A DNA stretch of 64,000 nt from Epiperipatus broadwayi (GCA_028023455.1 JAQFVV010000010.1:7874001-7938000), one strand, 5' to 3'. Positions 26,031 to 40,785 are shown, counted from the stretch's first letter. Numbers and translations are program-made. Notes: a model not told the origin generated them from the sequence alone.

Positions 26031-27149
26031 GAAATATAAAATCCTCATTTCCTGACCATTAATTACTCAAGCTTACAATAGATGGCTCTAGAGAAGATAA
26101 TTACTCTTGGTAATATATGAGTAAACATATGAGAAGATCATGAGATTCTGAGGATAAGTATTAATTTAATGGAGGATATTACTAAGTATGATGGAAGTTA
26201 CTAAACATCACTATCTCTTATGAAAGTTACTAAGAAGTTAAAGTTTTTTTTTTTTTTTTTAATATTCAAAAAGTTTATAATTGAGGATAAAGGAGAGACA
26301 TTGAAAGAATTAAAAAGAATATTTTTATTACATGGATACTTTGGATATTATAATGGATACATGTGATAGTTATGAATTTTTTTTTTCTTTATTATATATG
26401 AGCATTTAATTAATATTTCTGTGGATTATAAAATACAGATGTAATTCATTACATGTTTTTATGTAACACAAATTTTATAGAAGTTGGATTCAAGTGCAGA
26501 ATATGAAAATATTTTTTCAAATTGAAAATAAAAATTACAATATACCATTAGAGACGTTCATACAGCATGAAATACATTGTTTATATAAGTCCAGATGTAT
26601 ATAAGTTACAACCAGTGTGTAAATATATATATATAGTTGAGTTAAAAGGATGTTATATTTTTACCTTCTTTTTTTTTACTAATATTGTATTTGATTATTA
26701 ACACCTGCAATAATTCACTCTATATCATTCTATTGAACATCAAATAAAAGTCCAAACAGATTTCTAAACTAATATCTGGTTATTAGCCATTATCAGAAAG
26801 AATAATTGGATTACAGATATCCATTCAGCATTACCTTCAAATTTTAAGCCAAACAAATTTTCCAAATACAATAACTTAGATTTTACAATAATAATCCATA
26901 CTAGATTACTTCATTCTAGAGAGAAAGTTATCTTCAGTTCAAACCTTTTGGTGTTTAAAATTTTTAAGTCACAAGCTTGAATAATACAATTTTAAAGTGG
27001 AGTAGTATAGAGTGGTCCAATTACTATCTCAGGAAGTGAGCATAAACGATTTCTATTTTACACATTGTTTTATAGGACATTTTTTTATGTGATGTGATGT
27101 ACTGTAGCTTCTCCTTAAATGGAGTAAAGAATCTCCCAACAATTATACC

Positions 27150-28043
27150 CAGAAAAATCTGTTAGCCACTTTATTTTCCATTCCCCAGTCTAAGTTTTCC
27201 TATATTCTGCTCCATCCCATTTCCACAACATAATCTTTGTCAACTCTATGGCCTTTATATTTAAATCCCCCTTATCTTTCCCCAAACCCAGCATAAAAAC
27301 CAATAATCCACTTTCTGTGCAATCACTTTTTTCATATTTATTCTTCCATACCTTCATTATATGTGTCCTTTCTGTTTTCAAGCATTTACATTCAATTAAC
27401 AGATGCATATTTTCTATTCCTTCCTTACATAATTTACAGACTAAATCACCCATATTTTTCCACTTACATGTATATTCTCTTGTTGCTAAAGAGACTATTT
27501 AAGCCTTAAACAATAAACTACTTTCCTTACTATTATCATATATTAACTCACACCTAATATTCTGTTTATTTCTATATATATATTTAAACTCTTTTTACTC
27601 TCCATACTAGTTCTCCATCTCTCTAATCCCCTATTCTTTATTAATAAATCTATTCTTTTATCCCATTTCTTACCACTATAACACTCAACAATCCTCCTAA
27701 CACAATCATCCCATCTTTTGTACAAATATTTTGATATAAATTCTTTATCCAAATCTTTTGCATAATGCATTACCTTTCTCACCCATCTTGTTACCTGCCC
27801 TTTACTCATAACCAAATTAAATACTATTTTGGCTATTCTTTTATTATCCATAAACTGCAATTTACCAAACATTTTCATTTTACTTTTTGTATCTCTCATA
27901 TGAAAACTTGAACATCCCATTTCTCCTTGAATTGCCTCCATTGTACATCTGCATCCAATGCATGTCTTCCTACTTCCCTTTGAAGTTTTTCTATTTATTC
28001 TATTCCACTGCTGCCATCTATTGTAAGCTTGTGTAATCAACAA
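27150..28043 (-). mobile_element. Non-LTR retrotransposon C-terminal remnant (clade not assigned)
   Basis: ORFs 27543-28043 and 27190-27453: post-RT region ending RWRTSMESKKSLNIY, then a CCHC knuckle CKLCKEGIENMHLLIEC. Confidence 0.7.
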
Positions 28044-31000
28044 AATTGTTAGCTATATAATATACACAATAATTTCAACAACAATTTTCGTTTATAAGAT
28101 AATAACAATCTTCAACTATTTATTGCAAGATAACGTCTTGTTATTGATTTTTTTTTTTTAGAATTATCAGTATTCTAAAACTTTATTAGGCATATAAAAT
28201 GTTTTGTAATAAGAAACCGAATTGTAAAGAAATCGAAAAATAGTCAAAATGATTTTTTTTTCTTGTTTTAAGAGAGCTTTTGTGTATATAAAAACCTTCG
28301 TGTGCGCTTGTGCATGTACGAATAATTTTGTTGCATCCTTGTATTAATTACTCTTTTAAAACAACTGTTAAATAATACTTAATTTTATATAATGTTTAAT
28401 TTATTTTCAGCAGATTCGAACTAAAATAATAATTGCGAAACCTAGCCTTCTGCAGTTATCATCCAATTATCAATAAAAGTTAACGGGCTCGTGTTTATCT
28501 CACGATTTCACTACTCACCATATTTACGTTATTATCACATTCTATTTGCTTAATTTAAAGTTTTAGGAAGAGTGAATTGTAGCCTAAAATATACAAATTA
28601 TCACAATCTGCAATTTTTTTTTTTAATGTTATTATTGAAATGGTTTTTTTTTTAACTGCAAAAAATATTTGTCTTAGCAACTCTTCCACCTGGTGGAGTT
28701 TGTATAAAATGTATCGACTTTCAATTAGGAATTATGTAATAGTATATTACTAATAATTTCAGTCTATTTTTGATTATATTTTTTACTAATAAATTAATAT
28801 AATAATCTTCAATCTTATTTTTGATTACATTTTAAAACACACACACATTATATATATAATATCGTAAAATATAAATATCACTGGCATACATAGGATTAGT
28901 AATAAAACAGACAGTTAATAAGATTCATTGCTAGAATTAAAATACTTTAAATACATTTATATATCTATAATAGAGAATAATAGGGTTAGGTGCTATAATA
29001 AAGAAATTTATGTATATATAAATGGACTGAAAAAGATATTAAAGGAATGGAGGTCGTCACGTGGTCTGAATTATGATGCAGGAATGATTGTACTGAATCA
29101 AAAAAGGAACGCACCAGAGGTACTAGAATTTAGTGAAGAGGGGGAGGGAGCTTTAATTAAGACAATGACAGAAAGATTAAACTGAATGGATTATGTTACA
29201 GGAATTAGACTACTACAGACTGAAGAAAAAGAACTATACTGAAAATAGGCAAAATAGATGCTGTTTTCTAAAATAAATAATTTTATTTAGCTCAAATGAA
29301 ATAAATCCAAAAAATGCAATATAAAATGTAATATTAGCAATTCCTTACTTACATTCGTGATCAATTTCATAACTTTTTTTTTTTGTATATGCCAGAAATT
29401 GCTTCCATAAGTTTAAACGTATATATATAAAATTAACTGTTATTAATAATGATTGAAGATTTCCATCTCTACCATAAACTTTTGTCCTTTGGTTTTGATG
29501 AGTGTCTTAGAGAAGTACTTATAGGTTTGTTAACAGGAGAGATGAGCTATAATCAATAAGGAATTATCTTCAATCTACTCTAAAACCATTTACTGTTAAG
29601 CATAAATAATAATTGTTTACTAGATGGTAAAGTGCTATAAGATTAACATACTCAGACTCACCAGTTTCTGATTTTTGCTTTCATTAATGCACTTATGAGT
29701 AAGTGTATGAGATGCCAGGTAATATTAATGTTGTTGGTATTTATCTCCTCTAACTAGTGAATGCATTGCAGAACTTTAGTGACTACAGATATTGTACAAT
29801 TTGGAACTTCAGCCGATGATAATCATTTGTTTCTTTTCTTCTTACCTCTTTTTTGTAAGTTCTATGTTTTGGAATGAATAAAAATAATATAATCAAGTTT
29901 AAATAATATTGGGTACTTGTACATTTGCAGCACTTGACCGCTTGATGGCGCTAGTTTTTGCCAAATGCACATCAATATACTGTTTGTGTGGCCTAATTTA
30001 CAGCTAACACTACAGCATTGTTGTTGTAGCCATAACAAGCCACCTGACGGTGATGATTTCTACACGTACATAACGAAATCCTACACCCATTGTCTTGTGA
30101 CAGTATTACTCAAGTGAGCTCAATTAACAGATTGCTATTGTAATTGAGTTAAATATTGTTATAATTGAGATAAATAATGTTAAATGAGATAAGTAATGTT
30201 AAAGTCAATTGGTAGAAAATATTGGTATTTCTGTAGATAATTAAAGAACTAGAATGTTTAAAGATCTAGTTAAACATTATAATAAAAGAATTGCTTTTAT
30301 AATAGAAAATATTAAACAATAATTAATTATACTGCTTATAGATTCTAAAATTTTCTTGGTATACAAAATTAACGTATTGAAGATTATACAAAATTAATTA
30401 AAAGATTATAGTGTTGTTACTTGGGAAGGATCTGGAATAGAATAAATACCAATTTGAGAGGAAAAACAAGTTGTTACAGATGTGAAGATTGAAGTTTCAG
30501 TTGGGTAAGAAGAAGCAGTATTCAGTGAATTCCCACAACTGAATGAGATAGACCAAAGGAGTTTTGTAGGCCACATTGGCCTTATTATTATTTTGTAAGC
30601 CTATAGTTGCATGAATGTAAGTACTAGTTCTTGTACTTTTGTTTGATTTTTATTGCATTATCTTTATCAGATTATATGATGGCTGCAAAAAATTGTAATT
30701 TTGCCCAGTGGTAGTAGTTTGGTTAACTGAATATAATTGTAATACACAATCCAATAATTTAAATGTGAAACGTCACCTTAACTGCCAACAAAACTATTTT
30801 GTCCTGCTTGATTTAATATAATGATAAAAGTGAGATTAATTCCAAATAAGAAAAGGTAGTCTATGAAATGGATAGGTGATGCCCATTCTATCACATTGGT
30901 AATATGTTTATGTGAAATTTAATCAGAGTTATTGAATGTAACACCGTCCACTGATTAAAGTTGTTAAATATAATGAACAAAAAATTATTTTTATTTATAA

Positions 31001-32007
31001 AGCACGATACTTAAATCAATAGACATGTTCTCATAGCATTGCTTAAATTGGCTTATAAGTTAATTAAAAAAAAGAGATTATAAGCCATTTTACAAAAAAT
31101 AGATTATAAGCTGATTTGAGTGTCATTGCTTAGAATTCAGATGATTTAAATTTCCTACTTTCTGGCGTTATTGCCTAATGAAACATTTATCTTGGAAATG
31201 AACATTCTCATTCATTTTATTTAATAGTTTTGAGATTGGAGAGTGTTACCTTAAATATGACTATGCATTGAAATTACAATTTATTTCTCTTATTACATTT
31301 CAATTATTTAATTCTGTTATTATAATAAAAAGGAGAAATGACTAGGATAATATATATTTATTGGCATTATTAAAATGAAGCTTTATTTACATGTAATAAA
31401 GATTTAAATTTGATTCTTAAGAATACTACTTGTTAGAAATCTTACCTCTAAAAATCTGAGTTAGTAATATAAATTATCATTTTATATCAATAACACATGG
31501 AAAAAGAAGTAATTTCCATTACCTTATATGTTATTCCATTATATATATAATAAATTATAAAGCATCAAAAGCTAAAGGGCCAATTATATGAAAATTTGCA
31601 TCATTATAGCTTTTATGGATTTCTTTGCTATTTGCAATGTTGCCTTGACAACAGATTGAAATAATTTGATTAGTTTATGATAATGCAATTTATATGTCAT
31701 TAAAAACCGTATATGCATTTTAGAAAGGCCTGCCAAATTAAAAGGTTAGTTAATTTTCTAGAGTTGGGTTTTCATATCTGGACTGCTGTCACAATTTTTT
31801 AAATTCATAGTCTAAACATCCACAGTCAACAGAGTTTACCTATCCTAATATTAGATGTATCTATTTATTTTTAGCTACAATATAAAATAAGGATAAAAAG
31901 CTGTTCAAATTCTTAACAGCCAGCAATTGGAAAATTTTATGAAAAATGCTTTTTTTTTCCATTATTTTTTTTATACATATTACATACTGCCCTCCTATAA
32001 TTTAGAT

Positions 32008-32120
32008 CAGTGTTTCCCAAAGTGGATGATGATGACTTCAAGGGGGGCAATAGTGGATTCAGAAGCATTCGGAGGGCAATAGTGGGTTCAGAAGCATTCG
32101 GAGGGCATTCAGGTGGTCTA
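32008..32120 (+). mobile_element. Left end of a hAT-like non-autonomous element with an internal ~30-bp tandem duplication
   Basis: CAGTGTTTCCCAAAGTG resembles Charlie/MER5-type termini. gggcaatagtgg(a/g)ttcagaagcattcgga occurs twice. Right end not securely found. Confidence 0.45.
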
Positions 32121-34015
32121 GCCTTTTCTTTGGATGCACCAATCATCAGCCTTAACTTGCTCTCAAACCGTTAATTTTTACATTATTTTGCTGATTTTAT
32201 GGTTATTTTATAAATTGTTTATGTGCAAGAATATATAAAAAAGGGGGATAGTCAGAGTAGTTGTAAATGTTTTGCACATTTTTGATGTTTTTTTTCCCTC
32301 TATTAACAAGTATTGTATGGCTAATTTTAAATTTTACTAATAGATAGGAAGTGGTCATCCTGTGCATTATATTTTTTGTTTAAAAAATAAAATAATTTAA
32401 GGCCAATATCAGCTGAGAGAATCTAAAAATTTGTCATATCTCAGATTTGTTTTTGTTTTTAATCTTTTGTAAAGATGGAAAAAGTTATTTCCATTGTATT
32501 AAAATTAGAAACTATATGTAAAACAAGAACTCCTTGAGTAATTAAAAGACTCTGAGTGGAAAATGAAAAATAAAAGGGTGTAAAAAGCTATATCAATTGA
32601 GTTATGATCAATTATCCAAGAAATTGGAAATAACAGCTGTAATAGTGAAAGAGGGGTACTCAATTTGTATTGCTATAGATGTACTATAAAAGGATTTCAG
32701 CATGTGATGGGGGGGGGGTCTCTTTTGAGTTTACTGTTTTCCTTGCTATATTTTGTTTGCTGGGCGGTTAAGGTTTTGCTGAACTAAAAGAAATATTCTA
32801 GTTGTAAAGCATTGGGGAACTTAATGAAAGAAGGCAGAGCTGAGCCTAGCTTCAAATTATAGTCTGTCGAGAATTGCATGATTGACTCTTGGTTGGATGC
32901 TGTTGTTATTATAAAGATTTATAGAGAATGCTGAGAAATATAAAAATACCTAAATTTTATCATTAAAATGTTAATGAACTCTCAATGTTAGTGCACCAGC
33001 CAGACTCCTACACTGCTGTCATGTAGTCACAGATACTAGCTGATGATGATGAGCACCTTAATTCCTACATTTTGCTATGAAGAAAAGAAACCCTCACTGC
33101 CTTGTTGTCATGGTTTATAGCACACTTAAAAGTTACTAAGTCTGGAGATGGTTAATGGAAAAAACCCAAAAGGAAGCTGGATGGTATAATTTTTTTTAAA
33201 TTTTTATTTATTATCATTATGTCTTGCTGCTATAAATTTTATTGTATTTTTTTATTATTTGTATTTTTTTTTTGTTTCTCTATAAATTATTATTTGATTT
33301 TCCTACTTTAAAACAGTTCTACCAAATTAATTTCTGGAGTAATTGTGTGTATGCTGAGGCATATATATATATATACATATTTGTTTTTTGTTGTTGTTTG
33401 TTTTTGACACACTGTTCTATTTGAGAAAAGAGAAACTTACTTTGTGTAAAATTATTATTATTTTTGTAATCTCTGTATGTGATTTGAAAATTTATTGACA
33501 TGCTGATTAGATTTTTTTTTGTTGGCAGTGTTTTTTCCTTCTCAAAAGTGAACATAAAGGTGAGGTTTATCCTTTCAAAGATATACTGCCTAAAACTTCG
33601 TGGTAACAATTAGCAGAGTATTAGTTTTGGATAGGGAGAAATCAGGAAATATAATCGATTTTGGTTTGATTTTATTCATTTAAATTTAAATTTAATAACT
33701 TTAAATTTTTTTTCTTTCTTGTTATTGATATTGAGTATAAGTTGGTGCCTTACTCCGATGCATTGACATCATGTTCTATCTTGTATGCATCATATGAATT
33801 ACAGGGTAGGCATCATCTAGTGCAGTATCACTAGTTGCTATTTACGTCAAAAATATCAAACAGATTGAACGCGGAAAATTGTTATTCTTGGGGGGGGGGG
33901 TACAAAATTTATCTCTTGCAAAGGAGGTGGTGGCCTGAAAAAACTTGGGAATCTATGATTTAGACAAAACAATCTATTCAATATGCAGAAAAATATTTGT
34001 AATGACAATCAATTA

Positions 34016-34833
34016 CAGGCAGTTTTCTACTTTCATACAATTCTCTATTTCGTACTTTAGATTTTTATCAATATATATGACAAAATGCATGTACTTTCAT
34101 GTAATGATTTTCCCTTTGTCATGGATATTTAGTCACTAATCCCTTTCCATATCTCTGACATTAACCATGTTCATTTTCAGCGGTAAGATTCAGTCTTGAG
34201 CAGGGATATTTGAGTTAGTGTGGTGCTGATAAGTTGGGTCTTGTCAGTTTATGTTATAACATATATTATCACTTTGTCTACATTTCTATTTTCATGAAAA
34301 AAATTGTCCTTATTAATTCATAAACATGAGTGAAAAATAAAAATCAGCAGTGTTGATATGGACAAAAAGAAATCAAGATCTCATAATCTCCATACGATCG
34401 AGAGGAAGATGGTTATTAATCAATCATTCATATAATTTAAGCCCATCGACAAAATGTTCAATTATGAAAATCAAGAACAAAATTAAGGAATACTTCCAAA
34501 TTCATATACTGTCAAGTTAATCTTCATTATGCTTTTAAACTTTTTTAATATTATTTGTCTTGATCTTATACGCATATGATTGTGACATACATATCTATAT
34601 ACTGTATTTAACCTCATTTTTTTCTCATTTAAAATATAAAAAAATTAGATAAAAAATATTTTCAAAGTATAAAAATTTATTATATATTAAGAATTCTTTA
34701 AACTTTTTTTAAAAATAGAAACATAAGATTTAACACATGTATTTTGAAAATCTTTTTTGATGTTTTTTTTACATTGCTCTACTTTCATACACATTTCAAA
34801 AACCAATTAGGTACGAAAGTAGCGGACTGCCTG
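34016..34833. mobile_element. Tc1/mariner (Tigger/pogo-like) non-autonomous element
   Basis: Imperfect 23-bp TIR (CAGGCAGTTTTCTACTTTCATAC versus CAGGCAGTCCGCTACTTTCGTAC) with TA on both sides. Confidence 0.8.
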
Positions 34834-35961
34834 TATTAGTTATATCGTGAAGCATTTTTATTTTTTCATGCATTGATTAATTCTGATATAACATACTCCT
34901 TTATTTATAGGCTTTTGGTTTTTATATATAGTTTTTACATTATAAAGATTATCTCAAAATCATTATAGAGAAGTACAATGTCAATTGCTTCCATTGGGAA
35001 GATGTAGCAGAGGAGAAAATACATTGTAAAGATACAATTTGATATCATGTTGAATTATTTTAGAAAGAAAAGATTTCTGATGAAGAAATTAAAAGACAGC
35101 ATTATAAAATATTAAATAATTGGGAAAACAGACCAGCATGTTCCATATGTGGACATAGTTGTAGTTGACAGATTGGTTTGTATTGTTATTGCAAAACTCA
35201 TTTCAAAAGTAATTTTTTCTCTCTCTTCTTTCTTTTCTTTTTTTTTGAATTGGAATGACTTCACACATCTATGAGTGGCTGTTATTGTTAGTTGATATAT
35301 GTTATAAATGTTATGTACCATATGTATTTATGTGTTATAGTTCTGACAAAGATAGGTTTCATTAAGTTAAGAATAAGTTATTGCATTGTAAAAAGCTTAT
35401 AAAGAAAGAAAGATAATCGTGAAAAACTACTAACAGACATGACATAAAGTAGTAATTGATATTATTATGTCAGATTTTGCTTACAGTAATTTTTACATTC
35501 TTGTTAAAAAAAGATTATATTGAATTTATCAAACTTATATAAAAATATATCACATAATTTCATTGAATACTTTTTTTCTCATTTTTATTTGTTAAATAGT
35601 AGTGACCTTTCATAATTTGCTTATTTTTAAGTATTATTAAACTACTAAAAATTTATTTTAAATGCATTTACTAATGGTAACAAGTGAATGAAAAAATTTA
35701 GTACTTTACAATCAAAATAGTTTGTTTGTATGTATGTGACTTTAAAAGCATTACTTTTATTTGCAAATAGAGACAGGCATAACAAGAACAAAAATATACA
35801 TCCAATCACAAGAAAACGAAGAGATCATTCAATTCCATATACACCAATACCTGAACAAAGACTTTTAGTTTTTTTTTGTTCCAGAAAGCAGTCAACTAAT
35901 TCCAGTCAGAAAATATTCTAAATAAAATTAATTTTATTTCTTCATTTTTGCAATGTTATGG

Positions 35962-36882
35962 TTATGCCATGCAGTTATTTTCTGGACATGAAATATTATA
36001 TACGGCCTGAGAGGTGTTGTTGGGTGTTATAATGTCTTTGGTGTTATTAATAATTCTATTTGTATTAGGGGGTGTATGAAAGCTTAGTTGAAATTCTTTA
36101 TTAAACACTGAGTAAAACTTTCTATGGGTAGTTGCAATATATGGTAACAAAATTCTATTTTTCTGCTGCTTAATAACATTGCTGTTTAATTTACTGTAAA
36201 ATTGTCTAATCTTCCTATCAATTGTGTAATGCTTGAAGCCGAAATCTAATAAATCGTTTCTATATAAGATTAAGTTTGCCCTTTTGTCCGATTCAAATCT
36301 GCAAAGTTGCTCATTCCTATGCAAGAAAGACGTTAAACCAGCTAATTTATGAATAGAAGGCGTGTTTGAAGTAGGTTGAATATTGCCTCTTTTTTCTATT
36401 GGTTTTATAATCATTGTATAATTTAGTCTTTGATCCTCTCTTTGCACATACATATCCAAGTATTTAGTTTTCCCTTCACGATCTTCCATTTCTGTGTTTA
36501 GCTTCAGCTGTGTACTGTCTTGTATGTCCTGTTTAATTTTATCTATAATTTCTTCAGTAGCAGCGATGAAAAGGTCGTCAACGTATCTTGTGTATATAAT
36601 TAACTTAAGTGTTTGTTCGTATTTAGGAATAATACTTTTTTCAAAATAATTAAGTACGATACTTGAGATGATACCACTCATGGGTAATCCCATCGGCCAT
36701 CCATCGTTCATTTGGAAACATTGATTATTGAATGTTGCCACAATGTTGTTGTTAAGCCATTTTAAGAAATCGATTATGAAAGCTATCTTTTTTTGATCCA
36801 CGTCGTTGTTCATAAGCTCTTTTACTATATCGATGGACCTATTTCTATTAATTGATCCATATAACTCAGTGACATCAAGCAC
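35962..36882 (-). CDS. PLE reverse transcriptase core plus start of GIY-YIG (306-codon open fragment, inverted arm)
   Basis: LDVTELYGSI (motif A), GWPMGLPMSGIIS (B'), YTRYVDDLF (C), TKYLDMYV, and terminal AVYNISCPENNC. Confidence 0.85.
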   Translation of the reverse strand: MLDVTELYGSINRNRSIDIVKELMNNDVDQKKIAFIIDFLKWLNNNIVATFNNQCFQMNDGWPMGLPMSGIISSIVLNYFEKSIIPKYEQTLKLIIYTRYVDDLFIAATEEIIDKIKQDIQDSTQLKLNTEMEDREGKTKYLDMYVQREDQRLNYTMIIKPIEKRGNIQPTSNTPSIHKLAGLTSFLHRNEQLCRFESDKRANLILYRNDLLDFGFKHYTIDRKIRQFYSKLNSNVIKQQKNRILLPYIATTHRKFYSVFNKEFQLSFHTPPNTNRIINNTKDIITPNNTSQAVYNISCPENNCMA

Positions 36883-39659
36883 TGCAATTTTAGTTTCTGG
36901 GTTTAGAATTTTGTCCTTAATTCTGGCTACAAATTCAAATGAAGATTTGATAGTATATCTTCCAAATCCAATACTGTCAATCAGCCAACGATTTATTAAT
37001 TTAGCAGTGCTAAAATAATGTCACCCCAAAATCCAGCATTAAGCGTAAAGGAACATTTTTGTGCATTTTATTTGCAAAAATCCTGGTAGAATAGTGACAG
37101 AAGGATATAGTTTATATACTCCGTTTTTATACTTTACAAAATAAAATAAAACATTAAATTTATACAACTACAACAAGACCAATTTTAAAAGATGCAGCGA
37201 ATTTAAAATATTGCCGAATTTTTGTAATTTAAAAATAAACAAATCAATTTATAATCGATACAAGATTTGCAAACAAGTAAGTTTTTATCTGCTGAATTTG
37301 GTCAAAAGAGGATGTCAGAGTGCTCTGAGGAAACAGATTAAAAGGAAAAATAGAATGGTACAAGATGTATTAATACCTCAGTATATTAGGAATAAATGTG
37401 ATAAATTAAATATCATAATGCAAAAGAAATTTGAAAAAAGTTGGCGTTTTTAGCTAATAAGCAAAATATCCAAATTGTAGAAAAGAGGAACAATTTTTTG
37501 TTAATCTTACAGAAAAAACACCAAACGAGGAAATAATAGAGGTACTAAACAAAGGCCCTAGATTCGTTGGTAGCAATTGAGTTTCCTAAGTTTGAATTAA
37601 TAGCTGATATTGAAGCGGGTTTGAATAACAACCCAAATAAAGATATGTACGTAACGCAGATTGCCAAGACCATACACCAGAATACACTCAAGATTAATAC
37701 AAATAACTGGAATACAAAATTAGCGCACACTAAGAAATTTTTAGATACTGAACGAATAGTCTGCATGAAGGAAGATAAAGGCCAGAGATTTGTGCTTATG
37801 AGTAGAGAAAATTTTAACTTCAAAGTTAACCAGCAAATTGAAAAACTGCAATTCAAAAGAATAGCTAGTTTCAATAATAACTTGAACAAGGACAAATTTA
37901 TTGCCTCTATTCTCAAGACACATTGTAACAAAGCTATATCAAAAACGGAGTATTATAAACTATATCCTTCTGCCACTATTCTACCACTTTTTGCAAATGC
38001 AAAAATGCACAAACCCAATGTTCCTTTACGCTTAATGCTGGATTTTGGGGGTGACATTATTTTAGCACAGCTAAATTAATAAATCGTTGGCTGATTGACA
38101 GTATTGGATTTGGAAGATATACTATCAAATCTTCATTTGAATTTGTAGCCAGAATTAAGGACTAAATTCTAAACCCAGAAACTAAAATTGCAGTGCTTGA
38201 TGTCACTGAGTTATATGGATCAATTAATAGAAATAGGTCCATCGATATAGTAAAAGAAGAGCTTATGAACAACGACGTGGATCAAAAAAAGATAGCTTTC
38301 ATAATCGATTTCTTAAAATGGCTTAACAACAACATTGTGGCAACATTCAATAATCAATGTTTCCAAATGAACGATGGATGGCCGATGGGATTACCCATGA
38401 GCGATATCATCTCAAGTATTGTACTTAATTATTTTGAAAAAAGTATTATTCCTAAATACTAACAAACACTTAAGTTAATTGTATTCACAAGATATGTTGA
38501 CGACCTTTTCATCGCTGCTACTGAAGAAATTATAGATAAAATTAAACAGGACATACAAGACAATACGCAGCTGAAGCTAAACACAGAAATGGAAGATCGT
38601 GAAGGGAAAACTAAATACTTGGATATGTATGTGCAAAGAGAGGATCAAAGACTAAATTATACAATGATTATAAAACCAATAGAAAAAAGAGGCAATATTC
38701 AACCTACTTCAAACACGCCTTCTATTTATAAATTAGCTGGTTTAACGTCTTTCTTGCATAGGAATGAGCAACTTTGCAGATTTGAATCGGACAAAAGGGC
38801 AAACTTAATCTTATATAGAAACAATTTATTAGATTTCGGCTTCAAGCATTACACAATTGATAGGAAGATTAGACAATTTTACAGTAAATTAAACAGCAAT
38901 GTTATTAAGCAGCAGAAAAATAGAATTTTGTTACCATATATTGCAACTACCCATAGAAAGTTTTACTCAGTGTTTAATAAAGAATTTCAACTAAGCTTTC
39001 ATACACCCCCTAATACAAATAGAATTATTAATAACACCAAAGACATTATAACACCCAACAACACCTCTCAGGCCTATATAATATTTCATGTCCAGAAAAT
39101 AACTGCATGGCATCATACTATCGGGAACGAAAGCAACTCTTTCTACAAGACTATCCCAGCACAGATATTCTTACAATAAGGCCCAAGTAGACCCAAATTG
39201 CAACTCAATATTTGCAATACATCAGAAATCAGCTGGTCATGCATGTGAACCTAAAAATGCAAGAATAGTTTGCAGGGAGAGAAATGACATTAAGAGAAAA
39301 GTTAAAGAAGCATGTTTTATTGCTATTGAGGATAAGGCTATGAATAGGAAAGATCCGTGTTACAAAATCTCTAAGAAATGGATCATTTAGAGCTGACGCA
39401 TTTATTTTCAACTAATTTACATATATCAGCATATTTTAGCATATACCAACACGCTATGCTTATTCTTTGTTGCCCATGATTATGAGAGCTAAGTTCTCTT
39501 GAAAGCCCTCGGCCATTATTCTTTAGATATTATAATTATTTTAAGTTTATAATATATTGTTATTTAATCCTGATGAAGCTCGGTTGTTGTGCGCATATTT
39601 GCGCATTAAAATTATATATATATGTATAGTAAGCACCTGAGTTTAATAATTTCTTTTTA
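35967..39659. mobile_element. Penelope-like element (PLE) with a ~1.16-kb inverted duplication at its 5' side
   Basis: 35964-37128 is the reverse complement of 37951-39113. RT motifs and a GIY-YIG domain are present. 16-bp TSD CAATGTTATGGTTATG at 35951-35966 and 39660-39675. Confidence 0.93.
37150..39390 (+). pseudogene. Disrupted PLE ORF: N-terminus, RT and GIY-YIG endonuclease
   Basis: Fragments 37211-37453, 37567-38079, 38193-38462 and 38589-39179. Hand-repaired C-terminus: YNISCPENNCMASY-IG..RLSQH..SIFAIHQKSAGH..RKVKEACFI..MNRKD..KKWII*, with stop at 39388-39390. Confidence 0.88.
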
Positions 39660-40785
39660 CAATGTTATGGTTATGTTTTTTGAATTTTTTATACAAATAT
39701 TATAATATTTATTTAAAACTTAATATGCTTGACACATATAATGAAATTAAAATTCATTTAATTGAAATAATTCTTCATCACACCTTAGTGCTTTCCGAGA
39801 TTCTCTCCATAATCATAGCCTTTAACTGTAATAATTTATGCAAGTTCATTCGGATAGTCCATCTTTTCGAAATAGAATAAAAATTAATTTGGAATGACAA
39901 TTATATAAAACAAATACTTTTCTTAGAAGCAATACGAGATACCATGTGGAGCATTTATGTTAACTACCTTCAACTAAAAATCATGTCATTAAAAATTTAA
40001 TTATTAATAAATAAATTGTAATTAGTTTACTTTATTTATTTATTAATAAATTAAAATTAATATTCAGCATTTAATTTTTAAATTTATTATTATCTTATTA
40101 GATTTTACAGTATTAAAAATATAATTATAATGAAGTAAATATTAATTCTTATTAAGCGCGATGTCAGCATGTAATACTTCTATAAGGCTAAAACCTTAGT
40201 ACATGCACCTTGAATGCTTAATTTTAGCAAGAGAGACCTCTACAAATCATAATGCAATTTTAAGAATCACCTTGCACTCCATGAGCATCGACTTTAAAAG
40301 CATAAGGGTAAGCTTACACTTAGGGTTTATTTATATATAAACCAGTCTTTGCTCATCATGCTGAAATAGGGCTTGAATCTATTATGTGTCTGAATTATGT
40401 ATTATTAATTTAATTGGATAAATCTTATTTATTACTAAAAATGATAAAAATAATATTTATTCAATTAAAATTTAGATTTTTTTTTTTAAAATTAACATTT
40501 TAAATAATATAAAATTAACCATTAAGATGAAAGAAATAATAAAAGGCAGAAGTTAGTAGGTTATACAGATAATAGTTTTTTAAAAAAATAAGGGTCATTA
40601 TTAAAAACAAACGTTATGCTTTAATAAATCAAGAATAAATTAATAGGTTATAAGATTTGATATTTTAATATACTTTTGCACAATTAGTTTCTTTTTATAT
40701 TTGATATTAATATTTCAAATGAGGATTAATTTATTTACAAAGTGACAATTTATTTAATAGAATTTTACAACTAGTATTTGTAAAT

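Noticed and set aside
28928-29250. LINE 3' remnant or small gene
   Set aside because: Purine-rich with only a faint RTE-like phrase; no diagnostic motif.
35964-39113. L1-style twin priming as the cause of the PLE inversion
   Set aside because: Twin priming inverts a segment without duplicating it; here about 1.16 kb is present in both arms.
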